Shown: positions 35,033-48,400 of the stretch, in pieces
How positions within the stretch are numbered: the first letter of the stretch is position 1
Layout of the letters: each line of letters begins with the position of its first letter
Assembly: GCA_977020255.1 (NCBI GenBank)
Contig: CDROCS010001811.1
Coordinates: forward strand, 62,001 to 126,000
Reading direction: 5' to 3'
DNA: 64,000 nt
Source: Obrimoposthia wandeli
Lineage: Eukaryota
Notes under the pieces: model-generated
Databases searched by the model: none
What the model was told of the DNA's origin: nothing
Seen by the model: only the letters and a program-made list of their open reading frames with translations
Position numbers and translations under genes: made by a program

Positions 35033-38000
35033 GTAATATTATTTTGAAGTGAATTAATTGTTTATAAAAGTTGTGTGTCAGGATCATAAAATTTATAATT
35101 AAAACAAAATATAATTGTTATGAATTAATTATTTGATTTAAAAAATTTCTTATATTTGAACTTGATTCAGTGGTAATCTATTTGGAATGTTCTCTTGTTA
35201 ACTTAATTATTTTATGTTAAATAATGTACTCCAAAGTATTGTTAGCAGATTGGTACAGGAATTCATCATCACGGTGAAGTATGGTGAACGATGTGTAGAT
35301 CTCCTCGTCTCGAGTATTCAAACAATCGAGACCTTGTACAAGATGGCAGCCAAAAAGCTTGATCTAGTATGGAGCGAGGTCAATTTGTCGTTGAGGGCTG
35401 ATCACCTATCTGACTTCTCCCGTTCCATCATCGATTACAACATCTGCGAGGGCGACACTCTCATAAATCAGGTCTAAGAACTGTTACATAACAATCTCCA
35501 TTATCGAATTAGTAAACTGTAGTACATAACATACTGATTCCCACTTTTTATATCCTCTGATAATAAATCACGGAACACCAAAATAAATAAAATGTCTTAC
35601 GTAAGAGATGTGACAGTTGGAACAGACAAATCACTTGTAACACAACACTCAGGGAGAAGGGCGGTGCAAATGGGTAAACAAACATACTTAGCGTCACGAT
35701 ACTTATTGCATTTGGCACCTTAACTGAATGTTTGGCTCATCCCACATCGCCAGTTCTGCTTTCCAAAAATGGACCACTAGGCATTCGTATTAAATCGTGT
35801 GACTTTAATGAAGAAAATCTTCCCTGCTTTGGCTTCTTAATCTGGTGGTAAACTTCGCCTTACAGGTGTTTCGGTACTAATACAAAGACCATTACATTTC
35901 ATAGGCTTTAAATGCCTTGAAGTAGTACCTTTGTTGTTGTACACTAATTTTATTGTCTCGTTCTTTAGCTATCCAAATTTTCCCAGAATTGTTCTAACTA
36001 AGTTCATCTGGGATTTTAAGTTTGTAATGATCTTTGGTTTTAGGCATTTTGGACAAAACGATTTTCATTTTTCGACACTCACAAACAATTTTGTCGTTTT
36101 TATTTTTAGGCAGATTCTATATTCCCATTTTCTTCTACAAATGAGTTATTATTCTGTTGTATAACTTTTTATCTGTTTTTTCTCAATTATTTTCCAAGGA
36201 CTAAAAATGTTTAAAACGTTTAAATTTGGCTTAATCAATGAAAGAAATAGACTGTTGAGAATTAAAAATACAATAAAAAATGTACTTCGGATTATGTAAT
36301 AAGTGTTGGCCATGCACTAGAAAATACGATAATTGGTCATTGAGACCTTTCTGATGAGTGCCTGTTGCACCAGAAATAGCGCGAGAATGCCTTTCTTTTT
36401 GAAAGTTTTTAGTACAAATTTCATCGACCAACATTTATATAAATGCGAAGTCTTTTAGAATGATTTCTCAACCATTTTCTGTAGGACTGTCGCATCCGGT
36501 TCTTGGATGAAGATGGCCAGCGACAATGCTATCTAAGTGTTTGGCAACACTGCAAAGTACAAGTTATAAAGAAGAAATTACGTGCATCGTTCCAGTTGAC
36601 TGCACATCAAGTTACACTTAAGTTTGAAGAAAAAAAGCTAGATCGAAACAAAAGTATTTCAGTTTACAAGATTCGGCACCGTGCCATAGTTCAAGTAAAG
36701 ATCAAAGAGCTGGTAAGACTAATTTTTTGTGCTCATGTGACTGCATTCGAATTAAAAAAAAATAGTCATATAGTAGGCATATATTGTCTAACTCTAACTT
36801 TTAAGACTAAATGGATACGTTAATATGCTGTTAAATTTACTTTACAAATTAAAAATGATCATTTATACTAAAAATAGAATTGGAACATGAGATGTAATTT
36901 CCATTGTTAAATCAACAAAAGCATTCTGGATACATCAAGCCTGATCTTCTTGTGACTTTACATATTTTAAGATTCAAAATGATAAATTAAAAATCAAAGT
37001 AATCATAACTTTACTTTCTTCTTTTATTGTATGTCATTTTTATTTATTATTTGTTTATTTTGCGCAGAAATTGTTTTATGATTCGTTTAAACAATTGTTC
37101 CTTTTTATATTATATAAAGAAGTTGTTAAATAAAATTAAATACATAATATAACACAAACTATTTTACCATACTGGTATATTTTAAAATACCCACTCGGTA
37201 CGCTTTCTCGTAATTCTAAATTATCTTTCGTAGTGTAAAGAATTATTTTATGTTCCATAAAGTAGATAATTATTAATTCTTGAGTTTGTTAATACAAATT
37301 TTCTAGTTAAAAAAATCAAGTAGGAAAATGAGTATTAATTTAATGAGTAATGAGTACATTTCAACACTCATCATAATCTAGTAAACAAAATGTTTACTAA
37401 ACAAGAAAAATGACTGTAAATTTGTAGCATGTTTTAGTGATTTAAAATAGTACTTGAGAAATTTTTGTGGAACGGTAGTGCTTTCTTGTTTGACCAATAG
37501 GAATTTTTTTCGCTAGACACTGATATTGTTTTAAAGATGATTTCCAAAATTTCGGATCAAATAAATTTTTCTGAATTTAAGTTTGAAAATCTTTTGTACC
37601 TAGTAATGGATATTTTCATATACAGGCGAACCTCGGATGAAGTCGTCTCGTTTAACATCGTCTGAAGAAACTGTTTTTCTAAAATAATAAAGTTTCTTTC
37701 AAATATTAAAATTTAGATCTTCGGAGTACGGTTTTTGAATGGAAAATATAATTGATGATATTCATTATTATATAAAATAAATTGATTTCCCATCTGTTTT
37801 GATTTAAAAAATATAATTAATTAGAATAATTAGGATCTGACAATGTAATACAAATATAACATAAGCTTGTGACATAAGCTATATAAGCTGACTTTAATCT
37901 AATGGCATTCGATGATATTGGGGAGTTATTAGATTTGCATGGAGAATATATATCCAATGAGGATCTTTTTGAATTGAACCAACAAGACACGAGGGATCAG

Positions 38001-39343
38001 GAATCGATCAAAACAAATTCGGATTAGGAAACTTCAAAAATAAACGTACAAATGTAATAATTTTAGAAGCTTTTGCTATGATTTAATCAGGAATGGCAAT
38101 AGGAAACGAATATGATCCAAATATAGAGTGTAATATAAAATATAATCAATTAATCATTGAATGAATTTATCCATATAAAGAAATATTAAATGACAACAGC
38201 CAGAAATCAACTCTGGTGACTCCTTATTATTTTTTAAAATTTCAACAAAGGAAATAGAAATCGAAAAAATATCCGTTGAAAAGAACTTGAGTAAATAATG
38301 TTATATTAAGTACTTTTTGCCATAAATTTTAAAACTCCTATTTCAGATTTCAATACCATTTTGTTCATTTTCACCTTCTTAATACTTACATACATATATT
38401 TTCCTATCTTTTACGAGGTTTACCTGTATTGATAATTATAATTTATGTATAGCCTTTCTACGTACGGACACAATTATTCGAACAGTTCCTTTTGGGATTT
38501 GGAAATATCTCGCCACGCACGTAACAGCATGGATTAAGTGAATATTTGCATTCCTGGGCACCCATTAATAAACATGATTTTAAGAACGTCGTAGAAATTT
38601 AACCGAATCGATAAAATGTTAATATTTTAATATAAAAACAAAACTTACGATTTGAAAATACTGAATTTGTCAGATTTGAAAATGAGATGGCTCACAAACT
38701 CCTGAATGCTTTTTTAACTGGAATTTAAAAAAAAAAATATCAAGGAAGCAAATTTAAATATATAAATCACATGATAATTTATTTTAAAATTGTCGTAGTT
38801 TTTTATATAAAAAATATGTTAAAGTCTTGCTTGTAAAAATTTTCAAAGTACTGATAAGCAAACCGAAGTCTAAAAGCTTTTTATTCTGTCCAAAATATTT
38901 ATTTCATTTGGAATATAAATCTGTTCCATTACATTGAATTACAATTTAATTCACTAGATATACTTTATAAGGCATTTGAATGCTTATATACTATTGTCAT
39001 ATTTAAGTAGATAATTAATATCAATTAATTAAAATAATAATTTTATGATTTGGGTTGAAAATATTTATAACCCCCTTAACAGATTGACTACAAACTGATG
39101 GTGCGATTAGATGCGAAAACCTATTGTCTGAAAGTCGATCCCAATATTTTAGTGAAAGAGTTAAAGACAATTGTGAGCAATCGAGTCGGTATCACGTCAG
39201 AAAGAATTATCCTAGTCTACAATGGAGAGGTGCTCGAAGAAAAATTGACGCTATTGGAACTAGAAATCAAGTCGAATAGTGTTATTCTGCTGCTGAGTAC
39301 AGTTTTTGGGGGCAGAACATTTGAAAGATATATTTTTATCTAA
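34580..39343 (+). CDS. Poly-ubiquitin-like gene A: exons 34580-35032, 35259-35471, 36485-36712, 39083-39343; five divergent Ubl domains, 384 aa, ending GG-RTFERYIFI
   Basis: All junctions are GT-AG and phase 0. Exon types and sizes mirror gene B. The 5' start is provisional and the donor at 35472 (CAG|GTCTAA) is weak but positionally conserved. Confidence 0.78.
35259..35471 (+). CDS. Gene A exon 2: Ubl domain (213 nt)
   Basis: CAG|GAA acceptor. EFIITVKYG...IIDYNICEGDTLINQ. Same length as the exons at 53722-53934 and 49639-49851. Confidence 0.75.
36485..36712 (+). CDS. Gene A exon 3: Ubl domain (228 nt)
   Basis: TTTTCTGTAG|GAC acceptor, CTG|GTAAGA donor. Gapless 76-aa alignment with 48261-48488. 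Confidence 0.82.
37623..38426 (+). mobile_element. Internally deleted Tigger/pogo element in gene A intron 3
   Basis: TIRs CAGGCGAACCTCG / CGAGGTTTACCTG flanked by TA. Tigger C-terminal remnants DDIGELLDLHGEYISNEDLFEL and EAFAMI...YDPNIE. Confidence 0.8.
39083..39343 (+). CDS. Gene A last exon: Ubl domain with diglycine and C-terminal extension
   Basis: CCCCTTAACAG|ATT acceptor, phase 0. RIILVYNGEVLEE...VFGG-RTFERYIFI*. Confidence 0.85.
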   Translation: MDYKLMVRLDAKTYCLKVDPNILVKELKTIVSNRVGITSERIILVYNGEVLEEKLTLLELEIKSNSVILLLSTVFGGRTFERYIFI

Positions 39344-39806
39344 AGACAAATAACTGATACTAAAAAAACTAAACTTAACATTCGAATGTTCATCTAACAA
39401 ACCTTGTCTATTATCTTTATGATTGATCTCCACTTATAGATGGTTAATCGATCTAATCTATATATTTGAACCCGAGTGTTTGGTAAAATATCGCTCCATC
39501 CCAATCACGCCTATAATTTGCAATATATTAAACTATTATTTACGATACATGTTGAAGAGTAATTTTTTATTTTTGCAATTGTTAAGGCCAGAAATATACA
39601 TTTTAATTAATATATCAGGAGAGGATCCATTCTAAATTAAAGAAATTGATTATAAACAACGTTTATGTATACATATACATATATACATATTTAAAAAAGA
39701 AACAAATATTATGAAATAAAAAAATGAAACTGATTACAATTTATTACATACATGAATCTACAAATGATAAAAAAAATGGTCAAAATAAAGCAAAGAAAAT
39801 AAATAG

Positions 39807-41084
39807 TTAAAACATAGGGATATGAGCACGATCAATTTTCCACATAGGTAGCTTTGTTCCAATATCAACCTTCTTATAACCATAAAACCTAATTGTTATC
39901 GTCCATTGCTTCTTTTTCGGAACCGCGCCAATATTCATTTTTCTTCCATATTCATATACATATGATGCAGCAGCTCCTCGGATAAAAAAATCCGTTCTTA
40001 TTGAAAGTAAAATTTGGAACTGCCTTTTCAACTTTCTGTTTTAGATATTGAACATCTGGTTTTTGAATATTTGATAAATAATAGCTGAACTTTCTTCTTT
40101 CAATTGTCACAGGATTTACTAAAGCAATCGGTTGAGCCTTCTTCAAGAACCTGACTTTGTATTTAAAATATATTTTCATTTCTTCATACATATTCTTATC
40201 CTAATCTTCAAACATGTCTTAATCTTCATAATCGCTCAGTATTTGTATCTCCGTCATTTATTGGCAAGTTTAAGTAAGGCATATACTTCTCGAACTTCCA
40301 TATCGTGCCTATGTACTTTTCAGTGATGTATTTTTGATGTACTTCTTCTATACCATGGGATACAGTCTTAGGTGATGGTTTGTTGTTTCTTTTACACCCA
40401 TATCGACAACAGTTAACTTCACGCTTACTATATATGGCTTTAACATTCAAGCATACTATTCCAGATTTGTGTATAAAGCATTTCCATAAATCACAGATCC
40501 TGGTTTATCATTGATTCTTACAAGCTCAGTCCTAGCAATTGTGGTCTGGTTGTGGAGATTGGCACTGATTCCTTTGTTATCGTCACTTGTGAGTACGGTA
40601 TTAATATTACACTTCTGAATCCAAATTACTACTTCATAATTTCCACCATCTGTAGACCCTCTAGGGATTATAATTTCAAGATTCAACTCCTACTTGATTT
40701 TCTTGTGGGCCTCAGTATACCTTGCCCACTCATTTCTGTCCGTTACTTGAATGACGTTTCATTTACGGCTTGAGCCTGGCTACTCCAGAAGTCTTTGCAT
40801 TCCGGGTTTCGTTTGTTTACTAAGGAGATTAGTTCAAGTCTAAAGACTTGTTGTAATCCTCCACGGTCTGCATTCGCCATTTTGAAAACCTGGATGATGG
40901 CCTGTATAGTATTTTCATTGGAGAATTTGTAATTATCGCTCAACATTTGTTGGTTATCTTCCATCATTGATAATTTCTTTGATATGAATTCATTTATAAT
41001 AACTTGTTCCCCAATGGCTCTTTCTTTATAATAATTTGTAACAAATACATGAAACTCATGGGTTAATATAACTAAATCATTCAA
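39807..41084 (-). pseudogene. Long, decayed copy of the unknown Polinton-associated gene
   Basis: Consecutive broken minus-strand ORFs ending ...KFSYYLSNIQKPDVQYLKQKVE...QWTITIRFYGYKK...LPMWKIDRAHIPMF*. Homologous to 54900-55500 and 28490-28790. Confidence 0.75.
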
Positions 41085-41164
41085 TTTGATTGGACTGAAT
41101 CCATTTTAAAATTATTGGAAGAAATATTTCATTTTTCAATCATCCAATTATAATAGGTTTGCAA

Positions 41165-42105
41165 TATATTTACAAGAAATAATCAATAAAATAATTTCCA
41201 GTAAATATTCGTCCTCTATCTGTTAAAATACTCCTAGGTTTTCTAAATTTATATATCCAATTTGTCTCGAGGGCTTTAGTAATTGTTATTTCATCTTCTT
41301 TCGAGATTGCTAATAGTGATACCAGTTTTCTAAATCGATCGATTACTATCAACATATATTTCTTTTTAAATTTTCCTTCCTTCATGTGGGCTATATCGAC
41401 AATTATTTGATCTTTAAAAAATTTCTTTGATTATAGAAATATATATTTCTTTTGTTCTGCTTATTTAAATTTTTCTTTTGGCACAGTAAACGCACTTTGA
41501 TATACATTCTTTTATTTCTTGAAACATTCCTTTTAAATATAAGTTATCTTTCATATAGTTATAAACATTTTGTATTCATAGGTGACAAATATATTGGTGA
41601 ATTTCATTAATAATTTCATTAGCGTTTTTCGGAGGTATGACAATTAAATCTGTAAAGTTTTGTTCAAAATAAAGGATATCATCACAGAGTTTAAGTTTCT
41701 CTATTATCTGATAAATCCAACTTATTTTACATTCTTCTGATAAATCCTTACTTTCCAGTTGGAGGAAAACTTTCATTTCTTTCACATGAATATCTTATTG
41801 TTGTATTTTCCTTATCTTACTCAAGAAGTTGTCTTCATTTAGTGAGTTAATATATCGTATTTTAGATCTCTTCTCTTGTGCATCTATATGTTTAGTTTCA
41901 CACTGAGCACATACTGTTTCATTTAATCTTGACATACCATTGGCATTACCATGGTCAATACCTTCACGATGCTCTAACTTAAAATGATCTGATAAATTTG
42001 CCAGCCATGTTTGAAATTGAGAACTGATTGGTTTTATCGTCGTTCTTAAAAATACTAATGCTTTATGATCTGTTCTTGCCAAATATTCTGTTTTATACAA
42101 ATATT
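41165..42105 (-). pseudogene. pol: Gypsy pol fragment (RNase H end plus integrase)
   Basis: RTDHKAL...W...LEHREGIDHGNANGMSRL, HHCC-region remnant, and VIDRF...PRSILTDRGRIF rve core. Confidence 0.85.
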
Positions 42106-42144
42106 GTTTGGGGAATTGTTAGCGTTATAAATGAAACATAAATA

Positions 42145-43790
42145 TTGGCGGTAAACAATTCATACTGGTTTTATCCGGAAATATGACTCTCCATTCATTC
42201 AATTCAGTTTTCAATTCAAATGATGGGCAACTGTCTAAACTGCAGTGTGTTATTTGTAGATATGTGTTCACTAACGACTCAATGAACCCATAAAGTTCAA
42301 GAAACATCTTAATGCCAAACATAAAGAAATGACCTCAAAGTCAAAAGTGTTCTTTGAAAGACAGCATTTTGATTTAAAAAGCTGTCCGAATTTATTTTGA
42401 ACTGTCACATCCAAAGATTTCTTTTTTGCAGGTTTCTTATTAAGTAGCACTTCGAGTTGCTAAATCTAAAAGGCCATACTTAATCGGTAAGACGCTAATG
42501 ATAGACTGTATTAATGATATTTGCATGGAAGTGCAGGACGAGTGAGAAGCAATAAAAGTAGCGCAAAATGACATTATAGCTTGACAAATTTGGTAGAAGC
42601 ACTTGACATGAAATATCAACTGATAGGGAAGATTAAATTAGCAAATTATATTTCATTTTAGCATGATGAATCTACGGGCGTTGCTAAGCAGCCAGATTTG
42701 TTAGAAAATGTTCACTTTTAGGGTAACCAAGTAAAAGAACTAGTTTTGAAGTGTTCAAGACTTTGAACGACAACATCATTAGCAAATGGGGATTGGATTT
42801 CAGATCTGGTATATGTGTGTGCCCCGATGGCGCTTCCGCAATGGAAGGGGTTACCCAGATAAGGGCACTCACCCCAGAATGCAAGTCAACACCCTCAATG
42901 CCCTCTTCACCGAGAAAGTCTTGCAAAAACAAAAAAAATGTCAACATAACTATATAGTGTGTTTACCGATGTTGTAAAAAATGTGAATCATATAAAAGAA
43001 CATGCTTTAAATTCATCGTTAAATTCTGCATGGTGTGATCAAATGGAATGTGGTCTTTATTTAATATTTAGTACCGATGTACGTTGGTTATCGAGGAAAC
43101 ATTCTGCGAATAGTAAATGAGCTACGAAACGAACTTCTAAGTTTTCTGCAGTACAAAAATCTAATCGCTCAAAAAATTATGAAATGTGGATTGGCTAATT
43201 CGGCTTATTTGGCTGATATCTCTGAATTGTTCAACGATCTCAGCATACCCCTGCAAGGAATTATGCCATCGTATTTACGATGGCAAATAAAATCGATCAG
43301 CGAAAGTGGAAACCAGGCGATTGATTTGATAGCTTTCGTCATTTGACAATTTACGTTGCCGATTTATTTAGTATCTAGTAAATAACACTTAATTAATCTG
43401 GCGGAAAGTTTGCAGCATTACCTTCCTATAGAAGAAGAACCACAGAAGAATACTGGAAGGAACCACAATTCTTTATCTGAAGTGTCACTATGGAGGAAGA
43501 ATTGTTAGAGCTAGATGCTGACGAAGCATTGAAGATAAATTTCGAAACCAATATCGATTTGTCCTTTAAGGATTAGTGAAAATAGAATATTATAAGCTTA
43601 GTGAAATGGCTCTGAAATATCTTCTATCTTTTTCTCAACCTACCTCTCTGACACTGGCTTCTCAACAGATACTGTTATTAAGATAAATTACAAGGATTAA
43701 ATGGATATCAATCATCCATTGCGAGTGTCACTGTCCTCAATTGAACCAGCCCTTGATAAGCTGAAAAAAAACAGGTTCACTTCACATTAG
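42145..43790 (+). pseudogene. Decayed hAT (Buster/ZBED5-like) transposase
   Basis: QCVIC...NDSMNP...HLNAKH BED finger, DEST, CPDGASAM, HRESLA, VRWLSRG, FSTYLSDTGFS and LRVSLSSIEP. Confidence 0.88.
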
Positions 43791-45239
43791 TAAAACTTAA
43801 GGGTTTGACATGATTATGTTGATAGAATAAAATATTAGTTAATTTGATTTATCAATTGCTTTTTTGAAATTTATATTGTAATATAAAATTACAAAATCAA
43901 TATATATTTTTTGAAAGTTGATATTGTTATATTTTTGTACTATAAATTAGTATTACAACGAATGATCAAATAATACTTTCTTACATCATTGTTATTTTAT
44001 AATTATATGGTATAAATATGATACGGGTCCTTGGCACACAGCGAAGTTTTGTCACGTCAATGATAAATGGCTTGAAAATGAATAAGACATTATATTCTTA
44101 TGTTTAGAACAGATCATTTCAGAGTAATTCTGAAATAGGATCTATCTCAAAAGAAATTTTGGGTTAGGACTCACAGCACCCAGAATCCCAAGTGGGATTT
44201 GAAAGCTTCACTCGCTGATATCTTCAATGTAGAAAATAAATGCAGTTTTAATAAAATTTATTATTTTTTTAGTTTTATTTGGCTCTCCATTACTTATTAA
44301 AATCTAACTGATAACAGAAAAGCTTCGAAATATAATTTGTTTTAGAAATTTATATTAATGAAGAGCTAGAAATTTTCAACCGATTTGTTAAGAGATTGAT
44401 AAACGCTAATAATATTTATTCCACAAAACAAATATAGTTAACAATAATTAGTTCTGAATTTGCACAATTATAGTTCTGAATCCTGAACTGTAACAACAAT
44501 TATATCTGGTTTTCAATTATAGTAATAATGATAATCTTGTGTTGCTTTGCAAACTGTAGTTTCAATCGAATAAATTCAAGAAATTGGTTAAAATTTTTTG
44601 TCGTTTTAAAAGATCAACGTTTAATAATTTTTGTTTTTGTGTGACTTCTGCATAAATATAATTGTTAATTTATAGTCACGAAACACATACGCACACAAAC
44701 CACCACCTGACCATGTCAGTCACACTGGCAGTCGACACCAAAAATCAATATATTCCCATGTGTGTGTGTGTGGCAGCATCTGTGGCGAGGGAAATTGCCA
44801 TCCCCATGCATACACGCATAGAACCAAAATTTCAAAGGTCATAAAAATGCCAATTGCACAAATTTCCCTAATTAAGGAAATTTCTTAATTAAATAATTTT
44901 AATTTTTTAATATTTTTTATTAAAACTGTCTCAAATGCCCAAAATATTCTCAACAGATGCATCATAAAAACTTGATTTACTTTGAAGATTTTTTTAGATA
45001 GAAGATACAATGAAAAACATCAATAATATTTATGAAACTTGTTAATATAAATAAAAATCCGATGCAGAACTAAAATATTCCAAAGACAAGAAAATGTTGC
45101 AATTAAACAAATAGAATTCGATCACTACAGAATATTTCAATTCAATAAGTGTTTCTAAAATTCTTGAGATAGGAAATCTTAAGAAATAAAAATTACTTTT
45201 AATCAATCACACAGAATCTCCAGTCAGCCAATCAGTTCA

Positions 45240-45476
45240 CTAACGACCACCGGCCATGGTGGTGAAGAGCTGGATAGTGCTGCCCGAGTCGATAGCATAA
45301 TCCGATACGTTGGAAGAATCGTTGAGGGTCTCGCCAGCGTGCATGAGCACCAGATGATCTGTGGTTATATTCATCTTCTCCTTGGCCAACTTCTTCAACT
45401 CCGACACGCGCATATCACGATCCAGCATCAGATTGTAGATCCGACCCGCCGCATTCACCAGAAGACTGTAGCTCGA
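45240..45476 (-). CDS. Gene B last exon: Ubl domain ending GG-R
   Basis: SSYSLLV...LMHAGETLNDSSNVSDYAIDSGSTIQLFTTMAGGR*; 237 nt. Confidence 0.85.
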   Translation of the reverse strand, partial: SSYSLLVNAAGRIYNLMLDRDMRVSELKKLAKEKMNITTDHLVLMHAGETLNDSSNVSDYAIDSGSTIQLFTTMAGGR

Positions 45477-48400
45477 CTGCACGACAGCACCATACTCACT
45501 GGCGAACCTCCGTGTTACAGAACATGTTCACAAAACCTTTCAACTTTCTGGCTTTGTTGAAGTATGTCGGAAGTCTATTATGTGTATGCACAAGATGTTC
45601 ATGTTGTTTCCGAGTTTAATGGTATATTTTAATGATAATCGGTCACAAACTTTCTCAATTTTGTTGTCACGAATTTGTTAATTCATATTACAAGCAGATG
45701 TATCGAAAATAAAAAGAATGTCAAGAATTATCGAAATTACAATAATGGTTAGTTGCTTAATAGTTACCTTTACTGTATCAGAAAAATATAAAATGAGGGG
45801 ATTTTTAGCGAATTAAAGTAAAAATATATACAGTTTGAAACTTTCCATAATTTTTAAAAAATCCTGATGTCGAAGAAAAAAACGTGTTTCTGAGAAGCGG
45901 CGTACAGTTATCATTTGAGATATATGTGATGGCACTGTTTATAATATTTCAAATTATTTGCTTTCTTAAGTGGTTTAAAAATTTGATTTTAAATAAGGTG
46001 AATATCATGTTGAATTGGAACATAAAAGTTTTTAAAAATGATGCTATTCTTTAAATAAATAGAAGCTGCTAAAATTAATTTGAACATCTAAATAATTGAA
46101 ATGGATAATATTGTAAATCTTAGCTTTATTTATATGAAAAAATAGTATAATTTCTTTATTAATATAACCTATGTGCATCATTGTAGAAGATATTTCCTTC
46201 AAATCAGTTATATTAAAAATTTAAACAAGATTAATTCCATAATTAAGTTCAAAATTTATACGTTTTTACACGTATTTAGCAGTAATCAATGTTACAAATA
46301 ATATCTAAAAGATAGGTTTTTATTTACAATTAGTTAAATTATTATTCAAAGGGGACCTGAGGGGATTATTGCCATGTAAAATTATTTATAGATTCATATT
46401 AAATAAATTTATATATTTATGTAGCAAAATACCACATAAATTAAGATGCAATGTTTTATTTTTAATCTTTATTCTTAACCCTAACCCTAAACTTCTTAAA
46501 GATATTTTATTATATTTGGCGGTTTGAAATATCTTTTTTTCTCCATATAATCTTGCAAAACTTTAGGTAATGAAATTTAAACTCTTGAAATCGAAAGCTG
46601 TTATTGATCAACTTCTTTAAAAGCTGAAATTTTGAGGGTCACATTATTGCCTGCGGTAAGAACTTGTGTAGTTTGAAAATTTATAATTTATAAGTAATGA
46701 GTAATTTTCATAACTTTTCTATTCTTTATTTTTGGGTTGTTTTGAGAGATTTAATTTGGTTTTCAAACGCTACTGTCAACCATAAAACACAAGTTTATAT
46801 ATACTTCTAATTCATTTCTAACCTTAAAACATTTTTAAGAAATAAAAAATAATAATATTTGCAATAAATATAATTTCATAAATGACTACACGAGAATTGT
46901 CAGATCTTTTATTCTGAAATAATTTTGGGGTTTCTCGATGGAGTTATTTGCTTTGTTCACGAATCTGATATTTTTATTTTGAGAAAACAAATAGTTTTTC
47001 AGGAAAATTCTTTTTATTATATTTGTAAAATCCAGCAGAAATTAGCCATTATTCTTTCATCAGCTAAACCTTGATAACCATTTCTATTTTGTTAATAGTT
47101 TAATGAAAATATTCACAAATTTCATCAGTAATTTTCCCTGAATCTTTAAATTAATCACTCAATATCTTATAACGATAATGCATAATATAAAAGAAGCTGG
47201 CAATAATATCATTCACGGAAATTTACGAACAACAAGTGATATAAAATTTACCTAAAATGTTGCTAAAATATCAATATCTAAGAGTACTGGCAAACGTAAA
47301 CAATAATTTATTAAATATTATTGTTATTCAGATCCTATTTGGATATCAGTTTCAAATAAAATATTAAATCTTTGTACATGGTTTTACCTAGTAACGCTTT
47401 ATTATTCATTGAGAAAACCCTATAAATCATACAAGGAAAATGTGAATTTAAATTTTATTATTATTCAATTACTATCAGAAAAAACTCTTTTATTCGTTTA
47501 CAAAAAAAGTATGATGAAGCAAACAATATTGTGATCAGGTTTGAAGGTAAAGGAAAATTCTGTTACAAGTGTGAAAATTAAAATGTGAAAGTAAAAATAA
47601 ATTAAAATTAAATTTGAAACAGACAAAATAATCTAAAATAATAATATATATTACGGTTATTTATGTAAATTGGAAGATATTGGATTTGAATGGGAAGTTA
47701 AACGTCAAATTTATTAACTCATCTGTATAATTAATTTCAATAACATAAACAATGACATTCATTAAATATATACATACTTTTACAAATAAATGTAAAACAT
47801 GAAATGTTATTCTAGCATCATTTAAAAGAATTTCAACTACAAAAATAGTTCAAAGATTATGCTTTGTAGTGATTGTAAGTAGTGTTTTTTGATTTTGCTT
47901 AAGGAAATATACAATTAAATTATTACTTATGAATACAATATGATACTCTTATTTATAAGTAATATATTTTGAAAAGTAAACAGAAACTTTACAATAACTT
48001 TCACAGCAATGTAACAGTATTCTCAATGACCGTGTAATTCAAATACGCTTCAAAATTTAATTTTAACTTATATTTTAATGTATGGTGTAATAAAATAAAA
48101 TTTACAATCATTTAAATAGAATTTTAAAATAAGGAAAACATCGGTAAATTGGGAACTGTCGAGTGCAAAATATTATTTTTATTATCAGACGGAACTACTT
48201 CGTCTTAAATTGATATATTCAAATACTGCCACATGGGTTACCCAAAAAATCCATACTCACCATTTCTTCGATGTCCATCATGATTACATCCTCGTTCTTG
48301 ATCCCGTACTGCAATATTTTGTCTTTCTTGTCCAATTTCTCATCGTAGTAGAACAACACAATCTTATGGGAATTGAGATTCAGGCGAAATCGAATTTGGT

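Noticed and set aside
35640-36460. Possible MULE/FLYWCH transposase remnant in gene A intron 2
   Set aside because: Only vague Trp/Cys patterns; too decayed to support a call.
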